Shown here in pieces: positions 54,319 through 64,000 of a DNA stretch of 64,000 nt. This stretch comes from Bacteroidota bacterium. GTDB taxonomy: Bacteria > Bacteroidota > Bacteroidia > Chitinophagales > BACL12. Where the stretch lies: NCBI GenBank assembly GCA_029571985.1, contig JAKQVC010000194.1, forward strand, positions 9,139 through 73,138, read 5' to 3'. How positions within the stretch are numbered: the first letter of the stretch is position 1; the number at the start of each line of letters is the position of its first letter. The notes below the pieces were generated by a model. The model was given only the letters and a program-made list of their open reading frames with translations. It did not search any database and was not told the DNA's origin. The translations under genes were made by a program, and so were the position numbers.

Positions 54319-54810
54319 TTACACCCCGTTCGATCCTTTCCCCTTCATCTCAATCTTCATCGGCCTGCTGAACGATTCTTCAAGCGAAATGAAAGTTTCA
54401 GTCCGGTCAATACCAACAATAGGTTGTATTTGATCATGCAGAATTTTCTTTAGGTGAGTGGTATCCTTGCAAATGATCTTGATAAACATGCTGTAGGTAC
54501 CGGTCATATAATGACATTCAACAATTTCATCAATGTTTTCCAGCTCCTTCACCACCTTATCATACATGGAACTTTTGTCCAGGTAAACACCCAAATACGC
54601 TGTTATGCCATATCCGAGCTTCTGAGGATTTACAATGAGGTGCGAAGATTTGATGAGCCCCATGGCGTCCATTTTCTTCATCCTGACATGTATCGTACCC
54701 GGCGAAACCCCTATTTTCTGGGCGATTTCGGTGAAAGGCATCATCGCATCCTGCATCAACAGGTGCAAAATCTGGATGTCGACTTTATCAATTTCGTAAT
54801 TTTCAGACAT
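54319..54810 (-). CDS. asnC: Lrp/AsnC-family transcriptional regulator
   Basis: IDKVDIQIL...PFTEIAQKIGVSPGTIHVRMKKM...ECHYMTGTYS...RTETFISL. -7 element TATATTTG at 54845-54838. Confidence 0.9.
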   Translation of the reverse strand: MSENYEIDKVDIQILHLLMQDAMMPFTEIAQKIGVSPGTIHVRMKKMDAMGLIKSSHLIVNPQKLGYGITAYLGVYLDKSSMYDKVVKELENIDEIVECHYMTGTYSMFIKIICKDTTHLKKILHDQIQPIVGIDRTETFISLEESFSRPMKIEMKGKGSNGV

Positions 54811-54895
54811 GTGACGTTCAAGTTATTGTTGTATCGTCAAATATAAGGGATTGTTTTTTGTATTTTAATAAGTTTTGCAATTTTTTTTTATTTTA

Positions 54896-54928
54896 TTTGC
54901 AAAATTCAAGCAGGTTGAGATATCTTTG
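54896..54928 (+). promoter_or_regulatory. Consensus Bacteroidota promoter (-33 TTTG, 21 nt, -7 TATCTTTG) with no downstream CDS
   Basis: TTTG at 54896-54899 and TATCTTTG at 54921-54928. Confidence 0.75.
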
Positions 54929-54932
54929 TTAT

Positions 54933-55012
54933 AACCTTTTACAGGTTATTGGTTAGGCAACATACCCCTTACGAGTGCTGCATGATGAGGAGCGTGCAGC
55001 ATTCTTTTTTTT
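54933..55012 (+). ncRNA. Candidate small regulatory RNA of about 80 nt
   Basis: Consensus promoter upstream, G/U-rich GGTTATTGGTTAGG segment, 12-bp terminator stem plus T8. The next gene is convergent. Confidence 0.6.
54973..55012 (+). terminator. Rho-independent terminator oriented for the + strand
   Basis: GAGTGCTGCATG-atgaggag-CGTGCAGCATTC-TTTTTTTT. Confidence 0.85.
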
Positions 55013-55071
55013 ACCCCTTTCGTATGGATTAGTGGTCATTGGCAGAAACCCGCACAGGCTGGCCAAAGAGA

Positions 55072-56484
55072 TTATGCCTTTCGGCGCTCCAGCAAAGCAA
55101 TGCACTCTACGTGGTAGGTTTGAGGGAACTGGTCGAATGGCTGCAATACAGTAACCGCGTAGTCGTTAATGAGCAGTTGTATATCCCTGGCCTGGGTAAC
55201 CGGGTTACAGGAAACATAAACGATCTTTTCAGGCGCAAGCTGTAATAATTGATCACAAACATCTTTATGCATTCCCGCCCTTGGAGGATCAGTTATCACA
55301 ACATTTGCTCGTCCGTTTTCTTCTATAAACGTCTCCGTAAAGATCTTGGCCATATCCCCGGCATAAAATGCACAATTGGTGATGTTGTTCAGACTGGCAT
55401 TTTTCCGGGCATCTTCGATAGCTGCCTCAACTAATTCAATGCCAACTACCTTTTTACAATGTTTGGCAGCCAGTAAGGCAATACTCCCCAAACCGGTATA
55501 TAAATCATACACCTCATCGTCAGGATTAAGTTGCGCCAACTCAAGAGTGCGACGATACAGGTTGCGTGCCTGTTCAGTATTCGTCTGGAAGAATGCTCGA
55601 GGTCCTAATTGGTAGCGGATGCCATCTATTTCTTCAATCATGGTTGGTTCACCTGCATAGAGCGTGACATCCAAATCATAGATAATATCGTTTTTCTTGG
55701 TATTGATGCAATAATGCAGAGAAGTAATTTCAGGGAAAGTGTGATGTATATGCTGCATCATAGGCAGTAATACATCCGGTTTATCTTCCGCCACAACTAC
55801 AATTACCATTAAATGATTCAGGGAAGTATTTCTGATAATCAAATTGCGCATATACCCTGTATGATTGCGCAAATCATAAAAGGGTAAACTATGCATTAAT
55901 GCATATGATTTAACCGACAATCTGATTTCATTCGATAAGGAAGCCTGTAAATAACAACGTTCGATATCAAACACATTAGCGAATTGCCCTTTTACATGAA
56001 AACCACAACCGGGTTTCTTTTGAGGAGGGTTCGATTTATCGTAATTCGGATCATGCACATATGCCCCATTGGTAAATGTGAATTCCATTTTGTTCCGATA
56101 ATATCGATCGTATGGAGATGCAACAATGGGTAATATTTCCGGAAATCCTGGAGTGCGTTTTAATAGCCTGAACGCATCATCAACCAGTTGTTGTTTAAAT
56201 TGAAGCTGAGTTGCATACTCAACATTTTGCCAGGTACATCCTCCGCAAATATCAAAGTGCGTACAAAATGGTTCAACCCGTAACTTGCTATACGTATGAA
56301 ATTGTGTAACATACCCGGTATCGTAGCCATTGCGTTTTCTGGCAACCTGTATGTCAACAATGTCACCGGGAATTACACCTTCCGTAAATACCACTTTACC
56401 TTCTACCCTGCCAAAAGCCGTTCCACTATTTGCAACACCTTCTATGGTTACCTGCTGATGTATCTTTTTCTTATTCCGGGCCAT
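55072..56484 (-). CDS. rlmD: 23S rRNA m5U1939 methyltransferase
   Basis: TRAM domain, C..F..CGGC, YRNKMEF, FFQTN, DLYTGLG, DPPRAG, YVSCNP, FPQTYHVE. Confidence 0.95.
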   Translation of the reverse strand: MARNKKKIHQQVTIEGVANSGTAFGRVEGKVVFTEGVIPGDIVDIQVARKRNGYDTGYVTQFHTYSKLRVEPFCTHFDICGGCTWQNVEYATQLQFKQQLVDDAFRLLKRTPGFPEILPIVASPYDRYYRNKMEFTFTNGAYVHDPNYDKSNPPQKKPGCGFHVKGQFANVFDIERCYLQASLSNEIRLSVKSYALMHSLPFYDLRNHTGYMRNLIIRNTSLNHLMVIVVVAEDKPDVLLPMMQHIHHTFPEITSLHYCINTKKNDIIYDLDVTLYAGEPTMIEEIDGIRYQLGPRAFFQTNTEQARNLYRRTLELAQLNPDDEVYDLYTGLGSIALLAAKHCKKVVGIELVEAAIEDARKNASLNNITNCAFYAGDMAKIFTETFIEENGRANVVITDPPRAGMHKDVCDQLLQLAPEKIVYVSCNPVTQARDIQLLINDYAVTVLQPFDQFPQTYHVECIALLERRKA

Positions 56485-56556
56485 GCGACAAAAATACAGT
56501 ACTTACGCAAGAGGAATGTGCAGCAAGCAGGTATATTTATAATACCAATTACAATA

Positions 56557-58428
56557 TTACCTGACTACAACAATTTTATGTGTATCATGCAATTGTCCAC
56601 CCAGCACAATGCGCAAATAATAAACCCCTTGAGCCAGCGGCGCTGTATTAAACAGAAACACGTTGTTTCCTGCCTGAGCCTGTGCGCGCAAGAGATATTT
56701 AATCATATTACCCTGCTCATCGTACAGATAAAAATCGATAACATCTGACGACGATAAACTGATTTCTGCAAAAAATTCATGCTGAACCGGGTTTGGATAA
56801 ACTTGTGACGGTATAGGTTTAGTTTGTTCGACTGTAACAGCTGGTTCAACCGTGCTGCGCAGACTGGCAATCCATGTTGCATTGTTTCGTTCGGTAAAAG
56901 GAAAAGATTCTATGTATTTACCAAACGTACCACTCATCCAAACCACACCTGGCTGATTGTATTTGCGTTGCGACCCTGTATAATCTCCCCAACGTTCGTA
57001 GCCGCCTGAAAGAACATTTACCCAGGTATCACCCGTATGAATATTCACAACCTCTGAATATCCGCCCCAATTATAAAAAACGCCACTTACACCCGCATAG
57101 ATCGTTGGTGCAGAATGATCGAATGTGATTATTGACTGATCATCTCCCGGAAATTTTCCTGTATAAGAAAGATTCGCATAACCAAAATCCAATGTGTCAT
57201 CTCCAATAATATGTGCTTCAATGGTATTTGTTCCACCCACATCACTGATGACGCCATGATATATGCTGCAAAATCCGGTTGAGGTATCCAGACAATTGGA
57301 CACAAACTGAATCTGGCCATTCTCATAAAAACTACCTAATACTCGTCCATCATTGGTGTCGAAAATATTTGTTGAATATTGGCGTGCCTGTGGTGGCACT
57401 CTGTATGACAGGTTACTGCGCGAGAAATTAACTTCTAATTCTGTTGTCGGATCGTCTAAAGTACCTGTAATGTGTACCATAAATATGGTGTCATTTACTT
57501 CCGCAAAATTTCGGTTAGACAGAAAATACATATCCGGACCATAAGTTGTTGAACCGCCTTTAACCGGATTCAGGTTTCTGATTGGTGCGCCACCAAAATA
57601 AATACTATCCCAAAAAATGGCATCCAATGGCTCAGCGTTATAGCCATTATCCAAAGACATTTGCCAAATAAGTGTTTCAGAAAAACCTGTTTGCCAAGGT
57701 TCATCCGGAATAATCAGATTGATTGTCAGAAATAATTCTTCTTCTGTCAATGCAAACATGGGGAAATCGGTCCACCGGTTATTATCCTTCGGGTTACCCG
57801 GCAGTGCATATAAGTTCCAGGCACCTGTCGGGTCTTCCGTTTGTGAAAAACCAATTATGATATATGTATTTTCAGGATCAAACCCAGCCAGGAATAACAG
57901 CACGAATCGATCCGCACGTGGGTCATACATCACTTTTGGATCAAATTTGCCATCCACAATACCCAGAGTATCTGCAAAGGCAGCCAGGGATGTTGTAAAC
58001 AACATAGTACCCAATGAATCATACATGTAAATATTTGAATTCATAACCGAAACGATTATACCATCATTACTGATAGCCAAATCATTATCATTAGGCACAT
58101 AGGCTGTCATAATATTTCCTTCCCAACCGGATAGAATTTCAGGTGCTGTAATATCTGTTTGTGTTCTGAATGCTGCAGGACCTTTCGGGGTGATGACATC
58201 TCCGTATAATGAATCTTTCAAATCAATTAAATGGCGTCGATATCCGGTTGAACCTTGAGGCGGCATTTCGGTTGAAAAAAATATGGGTGCAAAATCATCG
58301 TGCAGCTTCTGTAAATCAACAGTTACCGGAACAGGTGCCGTTATTTTTTGCGGGCTGACTGAAGGTGACTGACTATAAGCCACACCAGTTAAAAAAGTGA
58401 ACAGCGAGATGATTGTAATCCTGCGCAT
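56557..58428 (-). CDS. T9SS-secreted protein, function unknown
   Basis: Signal peptide; PNDNDLAIS, FDPKVMYD and RWGDYTG motifs; CTD VYPNP...LAQGVYYL...HKIVVVR. Confidence 0.8.
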   Translation of the reverse strand: MRRITIISLFTFLTGVAYSQSPSVSPQKITAPVPVTVDLQKLHDDFAPIFFSTEMPPQGSTGYRRHLIDLKDSLYGDVITPKGPAAFRTQTDITAPEILSGWEGNIMTAYVPNDNDLAISNDGIIVSVMNSNIYMYDSLGTMLFTTSLAAFADTLGIVDGKFDPKVMYDPRADRFVLLFLAGFDPENTYIIIGFSQTEDPTGAWNLYALPGNPKDNNRWTDFPMFALTEEELFLTINLIIPDEPWQTGFSETLIWQMSLDNGYNAEPLDAIFWDSIYFGGAPIRNLNPVKGGSTTYGPDMYFLSNRNFAEVNDTIFMVHITGTLDDPTTELEVNFSRSNLSYRVPPQARQYSTNIFDTNDGRVLGSFYENGQIQFVSNCLDTSTGFCSIYHGVISDVGGTNTIEAHIIGDDTLDFGYANLSYTGKFPGDDQSIITFDHSAPTIYAGVSGVFYNWGGYSEVVNIHTGDTWVNVLSGGYERWGDYTGSQRKYNQPGVVWMSGTFGKYIESFPFTERNNATWIASLRSTVEPAVTVEQTKPIPSQVYPNPVQHEFFAEISLSSSDVIDFYLYDEQGNMIKYLLRAQAQAGNNVFLFNTAPLAQGVYYLRIVLGGQLHDTHKIVVVR

Positions 58429-58571
58429 ACGATGAATTTGACCACTAAATTAAATGATTCCCGATGGAAATCCGTAAAAGTAGTTGTTAAACTCCTGCAT
58501 GCCAGGCAGTCTGAATATCCGACAACCGTGTCAACTGCAGTAATCAGCAATACACTTGGCTTAAACAACCA

Positions 58572-59261
58572 CTATGGTCTGATTAACTTTTTTACTTTAC
58601 CTAATAAACTATTGGGATGGTCGTTCAGGTAAGTAATAAGTCGGTATTTGAACCAGGATTTCGTGGTATAAAATTCCTGAAAGTACATACCATCGCGCGG
58701 GTCGGCATCCTGGATTTTTTGGATGAGGTGTAAATTACTTAAGGCAACTGGATGCGTTTTGAAATCGTGACGATTTTTTTCGACAAACTGATTCACCAAT
58801 CGCGTAGACCGCATCCAGGTATCATGAAATAAAATGTAGCCGCCTTTTTTCACCAGCATGGCGGCAAAATAAAAATCTATAAGAATACCATCGAATTTAT
58901 GATCGCCATCAATAAAAATAAAATCGTATTGTTCATTTTTATGACAGAGTTCCGGCAAGGCGAAATGTGAAAAATCTTCAATATGTGTAAAAGCAGCGCC
59001 TAAACCTGCTGCCTGAATATTTTTCACTGCCTGATACCCATAATTTTTTTGAAATGGATCTATAGCTGTATGTGGTTGTTGTGTTGCCAACATGATATAT
59101 GCTGCTGACCTGCCATATCCCAGACCGACTTCCAAAGTTTTAGAAATCTTTTTTTCCTGAATAAATTGATAGATAAACCTGGCCTCCTCTACCCGAACAG
59201 GCGTTTTTTTATCTGTTTCAGGTATTTGAAGTATGCTTTCTATTTGATCGATGGTTGTCAT
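58572..59261 (-). CDS. Class I SAM-dependent methyltransferase (Methyltransf_24-like)
   Basis: TLEVGLGYGRS, IDPFQ, DFIFIDGDH, GGYILFHD. ATG 59261 overlaps the 3' end of the GT4 gene. Confidence 0.88.
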   Translation of the reverse strand: MTTIDQIESILQIPETDKKTPVRVEEARFIYQFIQEKKISKTLEVGLGYGRSAAYIMLATQQPHTAIDPFQKNYGYQAVKNIQAAGLGAAFTHIEDFSHFALPELCHKNEQYDFIFIDGDHKFDGILIDFYFAAMLVKKGGYILFHDTWMRSTRLVNQFVEKNRHDFKTHPVALSNLHLIQKIQDADPRDGMYFQEFYTTKSWFKYRLITYLNDHPNSLLGKVKKLIRP

Positions 59262-60381
59262 AAGTGTGTTGCATAATGCTGAAAATACGTTCGGCTGATT
59301 TATCCCAGTTAAACGTATTTTTAGCTTGTTGAGCTGTTTCGAGTGCGTATTTTTTAAGTTCTGTTCTATTGCGTAAAAAGATGTGCATGGCACGTGCAAT
59401 ATCCTCGGCTGATTCCGGATTAAAATATACCGCATGTTCGCCACCTACTTCAGGCAGACTGCTGCGGTTGGAGCAGATAACCGGAACACCGGCGTAACGG
59501 GCTTCGAGCACGGGGATGCCGAAACCTTCAAACAATGAAGGATATACAAGAGCATCAGCTGCGCCAATAGCTTCAGTTAATTGCGTTTGATTCATTGAGC
59601 CTGCAAAGATAACATCATCTTTAAACTGCATGGCATTATAGGTGGTATAGGTTTCACCTGTTTTCCATGCAAACCTGCCAACAATCAATAATTTATGATT
59701 GCAAACACCTTCCTTTCGGAGTGCATCATATGCCTGCATCAGCATGCCAACATTTTTACGCGGGTGAATACTGCCCACATAAATAAAATATGGATGATCA
59801 TCTGTAATTCGCTTGCGGACAATTGATTGTGTTTCATCATCCAGTGGCATAAATTGACTACTTGCCCCATTGGCAACAACCTGTATTTTATCTTCTGGCA
59901 CCTGGTATTTATCTATAATATCCTGTTTTGAAAACGCGGATACGGTGATAATCGATGCCGCTTTCGATAAATACCGGGGTGTATGAGACTTTAAAAAAGA
60001 GTACGTCAGTTTGGGAATGTGGTGTGGGAACTCAATGTATGCCAGATCATGTACTACTAAAATAGTAGGCACCTGAGCAGTAAGCGACAGCATGCCATCC
60101 GTAGAAATAAATAAATCAGGTTTGTACTTCTTAAAAATACCGGGCAAAGCATGCTCAAACCAATACTTCCATAAATAGGGATGCCTGGCGGGTGGCCACA
60201 CTTTAATGGGTGTTACATTATCAGCAAATACAAAGTCAGGATCCCAGTCGCGGTCAAACAGAAACAGAAATTGATGTTCCGGATGACTACGGGTGATACG
60301 TTTCATGGTTTCATATGTAAACCATCCAATACCTTCCAGCTTATCCTGAATAAGGAAACGGGTATTAACAGCTATGAGCAT
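59218..60381 (-). CDS. Glycosyltransferase family 4
   Basis: IAVNTRFL...LEGIG, VHDL, VGSIHPRKN, YPSLFEGFGIPVLEA, SSLPEV. Confidence 0.93.
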   Translation of the reverse strand: MLIAVNTRFLIQDKLEGIGWFTYETMKRITRSHPEHQFLFLFDRDWDPDFVFADNVTPIKVWPPARHPYLWKYWFEHALPGIFKKYKPDLFISTDGMLSLTAQVPTILVVHDLAYIEFPHHIPKLTYSFLKSHTPRYLSKAASIITVSAFSKQDIIDKYQVPEDKIQVVANGASSQFMPLDDETQSIVRKRITDDHPYFIYVGSIHPRKNVGMLMQAYDALRKEGVCNHKLLIVGRFAWKTGETYTTYNAMQFKDDVIFAGSMNQTQLTEAIGAADALVYPSLFEGFGIPVLEARYAGVPVICSNRSSLPEVGGEHAVYFNPESAEDIARAMHIFLRNRTELKKYALETAQQAKNTFNWDKSAERIFSIMQHTYDNHRSNRKHTSNT

Positions 60382-60517
60382 GTTATACTAGTTGGGTTTT
60401 ACCAATAAATAAAATAAGCGTAGAAGTAGTCCGAAACACGTAAACTTTAGAGTAGAAGTAGGTCGCTAGAGTCTAATTTGAAGCAATTATAGCTATTTTT
60501 ATCGCCTCGGCAAAGAA

Positions 60518-61996
60518 ATGCGTAAAAATTTTATCACCAACATCAGTTTTTTATTGCTGCTTAACCTGCTCATTAAGCCGTTTTGGATTTTGGGTATTGA
60601 CAGGGGTGTACAAAATGAGCTGGGACCTCAGGTATATGGCGTATACTTCGCCTTGTTCAATTTTGCCTATATCTTCCAAATCGTACTGGATTTCGGGATC
60701 AACAATTATAATAACCGGCTGATTGCACGATCGCCTGAAAAACTGGCAGGTCAGTTGGTGTCGACCCTCCTGTTAAAAATAGGACTTGGTGCAGGTTATA
60801 TAGTCGTATTAGGTATTGCGGCAAAGGTGGCCGGGTTCACGTCAGAAATGGAGCTTTCCATTTTAGGGCAGCTTGCCCTGCTGCAAATAGCGATCAGTTT
60901 TTATGGCTTTTTGCGCAGTAACGTGAATGCCTTGCATTTGTTTAAAACGGATGCAGTATTATCCATCTTAGATAAAGCGATAACCTCCCTGTTATGTGGT
61001 TTGGTGCTGTGGACAAACTTCCTCCACCTGGAGTTAAGTATTCCTTTGTTTATCTGGCTTCAATTGATAGGTTACGGATTGAGTATTGCAGTTGCATTTT
61101 TGATTATCGGGTCAAGACGAATTCAGTTTGTCAGACATTTCGACTGGTCGTTAATCAAAAGCATATTTAAGCAAAGCTTACCTTACGCATTACTGGGATT
61201 TTTAATGACTGCTTACTATCGCACTGATGGTGTCTTGCTGGAGCGATTGTTAGGTGGAGCGCAAGGCGATTACCAGGCTGGTGTGTATGCTTCTGCATTC
61301 AGGCTATTGGATGCCTTAAATATTTTGGGTTTTTTGTTTGCGGGTTTATTGATGCCCATGTTCAGCCGCCTGTTGGAATCCGGTTCTTCGATACGCAGTT
61401 TGCTTCAGTTAGGATTTACACTGATGCTTATAACCAGTGCAGGTGCCGCGAGTTCTTTCTGGTGGTACAGGGTACACATTATGGACCTGTTATATCCTGA
61501 TATGCAGGCCGAAGGAGCAGCCGTTTTTGGCTGGTTGATGATTGCATTTGTGCTCATGAGTATGACCTATATTTTTGGCAGTTTAGTTACCGCACATGGC
61601 AATATCCGCGCGCTTAATCTGATTTCGTTTGCCGGATTTATATTGAATTTGGTTCTTAATATTATCTATATTCCGAAACATCTGGCGGTAGGCTCTGCAT
61701 TAGCCACTACCCTTACGCAATCACTCGTATTTATAGCTCATGCCTGGGTGGTGCATAAAACATTTACCGAGCGGATTTCTGCAGCTATTTGGATAAAAAG
61801 TCTGGTATTTATATGTCTGGTTTCAGCCGGTGGATGGGCATCATCGTTGGTGCCGTTGAACTGGCCTTTGCAAATGGGTATTTCGCTGCTATGGATAGTA
61901 CCGGCTGCCTTTGCCTCTGGTATGGTGCAGCTGCAGGACCTGAAAAACAGCATGTTGGCACTAGCTGACGCCATCAGCAAACGCACGGAGGCTTAG
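60518..61996 (+). CDS. Oligosaccharide flippase (Wzx/MOP family)
   Basis: Many TM helices; LNLLIKPFWI, YGVY, LDFGI, GVYASAFRLLDA. Confidence 0.88.
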   Translation: MRKNFITNISFLLLLNLLIKPFWILGIDRGVQNELGPQVYGVYFALFNFAYIFQIVLDFGINNYNNRLIARSPEKLAGQLVSTLLLKIGLGAGYIVVLGIAAKVAGFTSEMELSILGQLALLQIAISFYGFLRSNVNALHLFKTDAVLSILDKAITSLLCGLVLWTNFLHLELSIPLFIWLQLIGYGLSIAVAFLIIGSRRIQFVRHFDWSLIKSIFKQSLPYALLGFLMTAYYRTDGVLLERLLGGAQGDYQAGVYASAFRLLDALNILGFLFAGLLMPMFSRLLESGSSIRSLLQLGFTLMLITSAGAASSFWWYRVHIMDLLYPDMQAEGAAVFGWLMIAFVLMSMTYIFGSLVTAHGNIRALNLISFAGFILNLVLNIIYIPKHLAVGSALATTLTQSLVFIAHAWVVHKTFTERISAAIWIKSLVFICLVSAGGWASSLVPLNWPLQMGISLLWIVPAAFASGMVQLQDLKNSMLALADAISKRTEA

Positions 61997-62032
61997 GCCG
62001 AAATGTTTACCTTTGCAGGCTAAACTGCCTAT

Positions 62033-62929
62033 ATGGAGCAATCTAACGACCTGATCAGGTTATTGCAAATCATTTTCAAGTGGAAAAAGCCAATCATTAT
62101 TGTAACTATTGTGGTTGCATTAGTGTCATGCGGCGTTACCCTGCTCATGCCGAATTACTACAAATCGAGCGTTAATTTCTATCCCTCAAACCCAATCATG
62201 ACCGACCGTCAGGTACTATACAGCCAGATAGCCGGTGAAATTGAAATTGATTACTTCGGTAGTCCCGGCGATATTGATCGTATGCTCACGCTTGCCAATG
62301 CCAGCAGCCTGGTTGATTATATTATTAATCATTTCCATCTCATGGAGCATTACGACATTGATTCAACCAGTAAATATGGTCGTTACAATGTAAAAAAGGA
62401 GTTTCTTGAAAATTACAGTGCCATCGAAACCGATTATGGTGCCATAGAGATTAGTGTATGGGATCAGGATAAAAATTTAGCCATGGAAATGGCGAATCAC
62501 ATTGTAGCCACAATTGACCAGCATAATAAAGAGTTATTGCTGCGCGATAAAAAACTGGTTGTAAAAACCTTTCAACAGCAGGTTGCACAAAAAGAATCCA
62601 TTGTAAATCAACTGAGCGATTCTATTGCGGCAATGCGCACCAGTGGGTCTACACCTGAAAAAATGCTCATCATGGATGAACGTTTAAGAAATGCAGTTGC
62701 TGATTTAAATACCAATCGCATGTTATTGGAGCAAAATCAAACGGCTGTAAATACCGATTTCTCTACGGTACATATAACAGAGGAAGCATATCCTGCCTTA
62801 CGCAAAGACAAGCCTGTCAGATCAATTATTGTAATTGGCGTTACACTGGCAACTCTGGTATTTATGGTTTTATTAGCTGTTATTGTAGAAAACTACAAAC
62901 GCATTAAATCAAAACTCCAGCATGCTTAA
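62033..62929 (+). CDS. Wzz-like polysaccharide chain-length determinant
   Basis: N-terminal TM then PNYYKS, coiled coil, A.PA.RKDKPVRS before the C-terminal TM. -7 element TACCTTTG at 62008. Confidence 0.85.
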   Translation: MEQSNDLIRLLQIIFKWKKPIIIVTIVVALVSCGVTLLMPNYYKSSVNFYPSNPIMTDRQVLYSQIAGEIEIDYFGSPGDIDRMLTLANASSLVDYIINHFHLMEHYDIDSTSKYGRYNVKKEFLENYSAIETDYGAIEISVWDQDKNLAMEMANHIVATIDQHNKELLLRDKKLVVKTFQQQVAQKESIVNQLSDSIAAMRTSGSTPEKMLIMDERLRNAVADLNTNRMLLEQNQTAVNTDFSTVHITEEAYPALRKDKPVRSIIVIGVTLATLVFMVLLAVIVENYKRIKSKLQHA

Positions 62930-64000
62930 AGAGCAGGGACTTAAACCTGTTGAACAATCTGTTTTCTGGGCGGCTACAGCCATTTCAGTAGTTGCACTGC
63001 TGGCGGGTGTGGTATTGCATGAACCTTTATTTTATGTAGTTCCTGCTGCCTTCCTGTTTGCATTCCAGATGTTGGTTGATTACAGGGCTATTTTTTATTT
63101 GCTCGTTTTAGCTACCCCGTTTAGTATTGAATATTATTCAACCACCGGCCTCAGCACTACCCTGCCAACCGAGCCGCTGATGGTTGTGTTTATGCTGTCT
63201 TTTATTTTCCTGCTTTTCTTGCGAACAGCCGATTTTGAACGCAGATTCGTAACACATCCGCTTACAATAATATTATTCGTGCATTTTGGGTGGATGATTT
63301 TCACAACAATTTTCGCACAGGAATTAGTTATTTCACTTAAATATCTGTTGGCCAAAACCTGGTACATAGTTACCTGGTATTTTATAGGGGGCTCTATTGT
63401 AAAGAATCTGGACACATTCAAACGTGTTTTCTGGCTGTTTTTTATTCCAACGCTTGCTTTAACGATTTACACGATTATCAACCATTGGCAATACAATTTT
63501 GCTTTTAGTGAGGTAAATAGAACCATGATTCCATTTTTCAGAAACCATGTGAATTATGCTGTATTCCTCGCATTAATGCTACCATTTACCTTTTTTGCTT
63601 ATCAGTGGTACGATAAATACACCTGGCCGCGAATGCTGATTAAATTCGGCATTGTTGTATTGCTGGCCGGAATATATTTCAGCTATACACGCTCAAGCTG
63701 GTTGAGTGTGGTGGGTGCGTTTGGCGCCTATTTCCTGATTCGCAAAAATCTGCTGATGCCGGCAGTTATTGTATCAATTGCAGGCGTTATCATGTTTGCA
63801 ATTGTGATGCTGCACGATAATAAGTATTTAGATTATGCGCCCGATTATCAGAAAACGATTTACCACAGCAATTTTTCTGATCACATGGAATCTACCATCT
63901 CCCTCGAAGATGTTTCCAGTGCGGAGCGTATTTATCGATGGGTAGCGGCTATTCATATGATAGGTGATAAACCGTGGTTGGGATTTGGTCCCGGACAATT
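62922..64000 (+). CDS. O-antigen ligase/Wzy_C-family membrane protein, truncated by the window edge
   Basis: Absent from the ORF track. Hand translation from ATG 62922 gives MLKEQG...LPTEP...PFFRNHVNYA...SYTRSSW...SSAERIYRWVAA.HM..DKPWLGFGPG. Confidence 0.85.
   Translation, partial: MLKEQGLKPVEQSVFWAATAISVVALLAGVVLHEPLFYVVPAAFLFAFQMLVDYRAIFYLLVLATPFSIEYYSTTGLSTTLPTEPLMVVFMLSFIFLLFLRTADFERRFVTHPLTIILFVHFGWMIFTTIFAQELVISLKYLLAKTWYIVTWYFIGGSIVKNLDTFKRVFWLFFIPTLALTIYTIINHWQYNFAFSEVNRTMIPFFRNHVNYAVFLALMLPFTFFAYQWYDKYTWPRMLIKFGIVVLLAGIYFSYTRSSWLSVVGAFGAYFLIRKNLLMPAVIVSIAGVIMFAIVMLHDNKYLDYAPDYQKTIYHSNFSDHMESTISLEDVSSAERIYRWVAAIHMIGDKPWLGFGPGQ

Noticed and set aside
54982-55032. 16-codon ORF MMRSVQHSFFYPFRMD
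   Set aside because: It starts inside the terminator hairpin and runs through the T tract, so it is unlikely to be translated.
60420-60461. Direct repeat GTAGAAGTAG x2 in the divergent GT4/flippase promoter region
   Set aside because: Only two 10-mers; not enough to call an operator.

Overview
Bacteroidota chromosomal window, judged from TAnnTTTG promoters, type IX secretion (T9SS) genes and gldJ. Most of it is housekeeping: the alternative complex III operon (actABCDEF, actF truncated at the left edge), a TonB-dependent receptor/DUF4249 pair, atpD-atpC, mlaE/mlaF-type ABC genes, sucD, fabG, ftsB, eno, carA, mscS, murF, gldJ, porP-like, porU, porV, icmF, an Lrp/AsnC regulator, rlmD and the start of a glycan locus (GT4, methyltransferase, flippase, Wzz, O-antigen ligase-like). 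Five T9SS cargo genes are also present. I found no CRISPR-cas, rRNA, tRNA or transposase. The most unusual content is non-coding. (1) A stand-alone GIY-YIG nuclease gene is surrounded by five copies of a tagged, bulged hairpin, four of them in two 146-bp REPIN-like composites, and a covarying sixth copy lies about 22 kb away inside a heptamer array; this suggests a nuclease-associated palindromic mobile system. (2) An orphan promoter-terminator unit of about 80 nt, a candidate sRNA, is divergent from the Lrp/AsnC gene. (3) Several intergenic 7-mer and 8-mer arrays carry embedded palindromes. (4) Several -7 promoter elements sit 4-7 nt from start codons, suggesting leaderless mRNAs. All calls were made by eye, without database searches.
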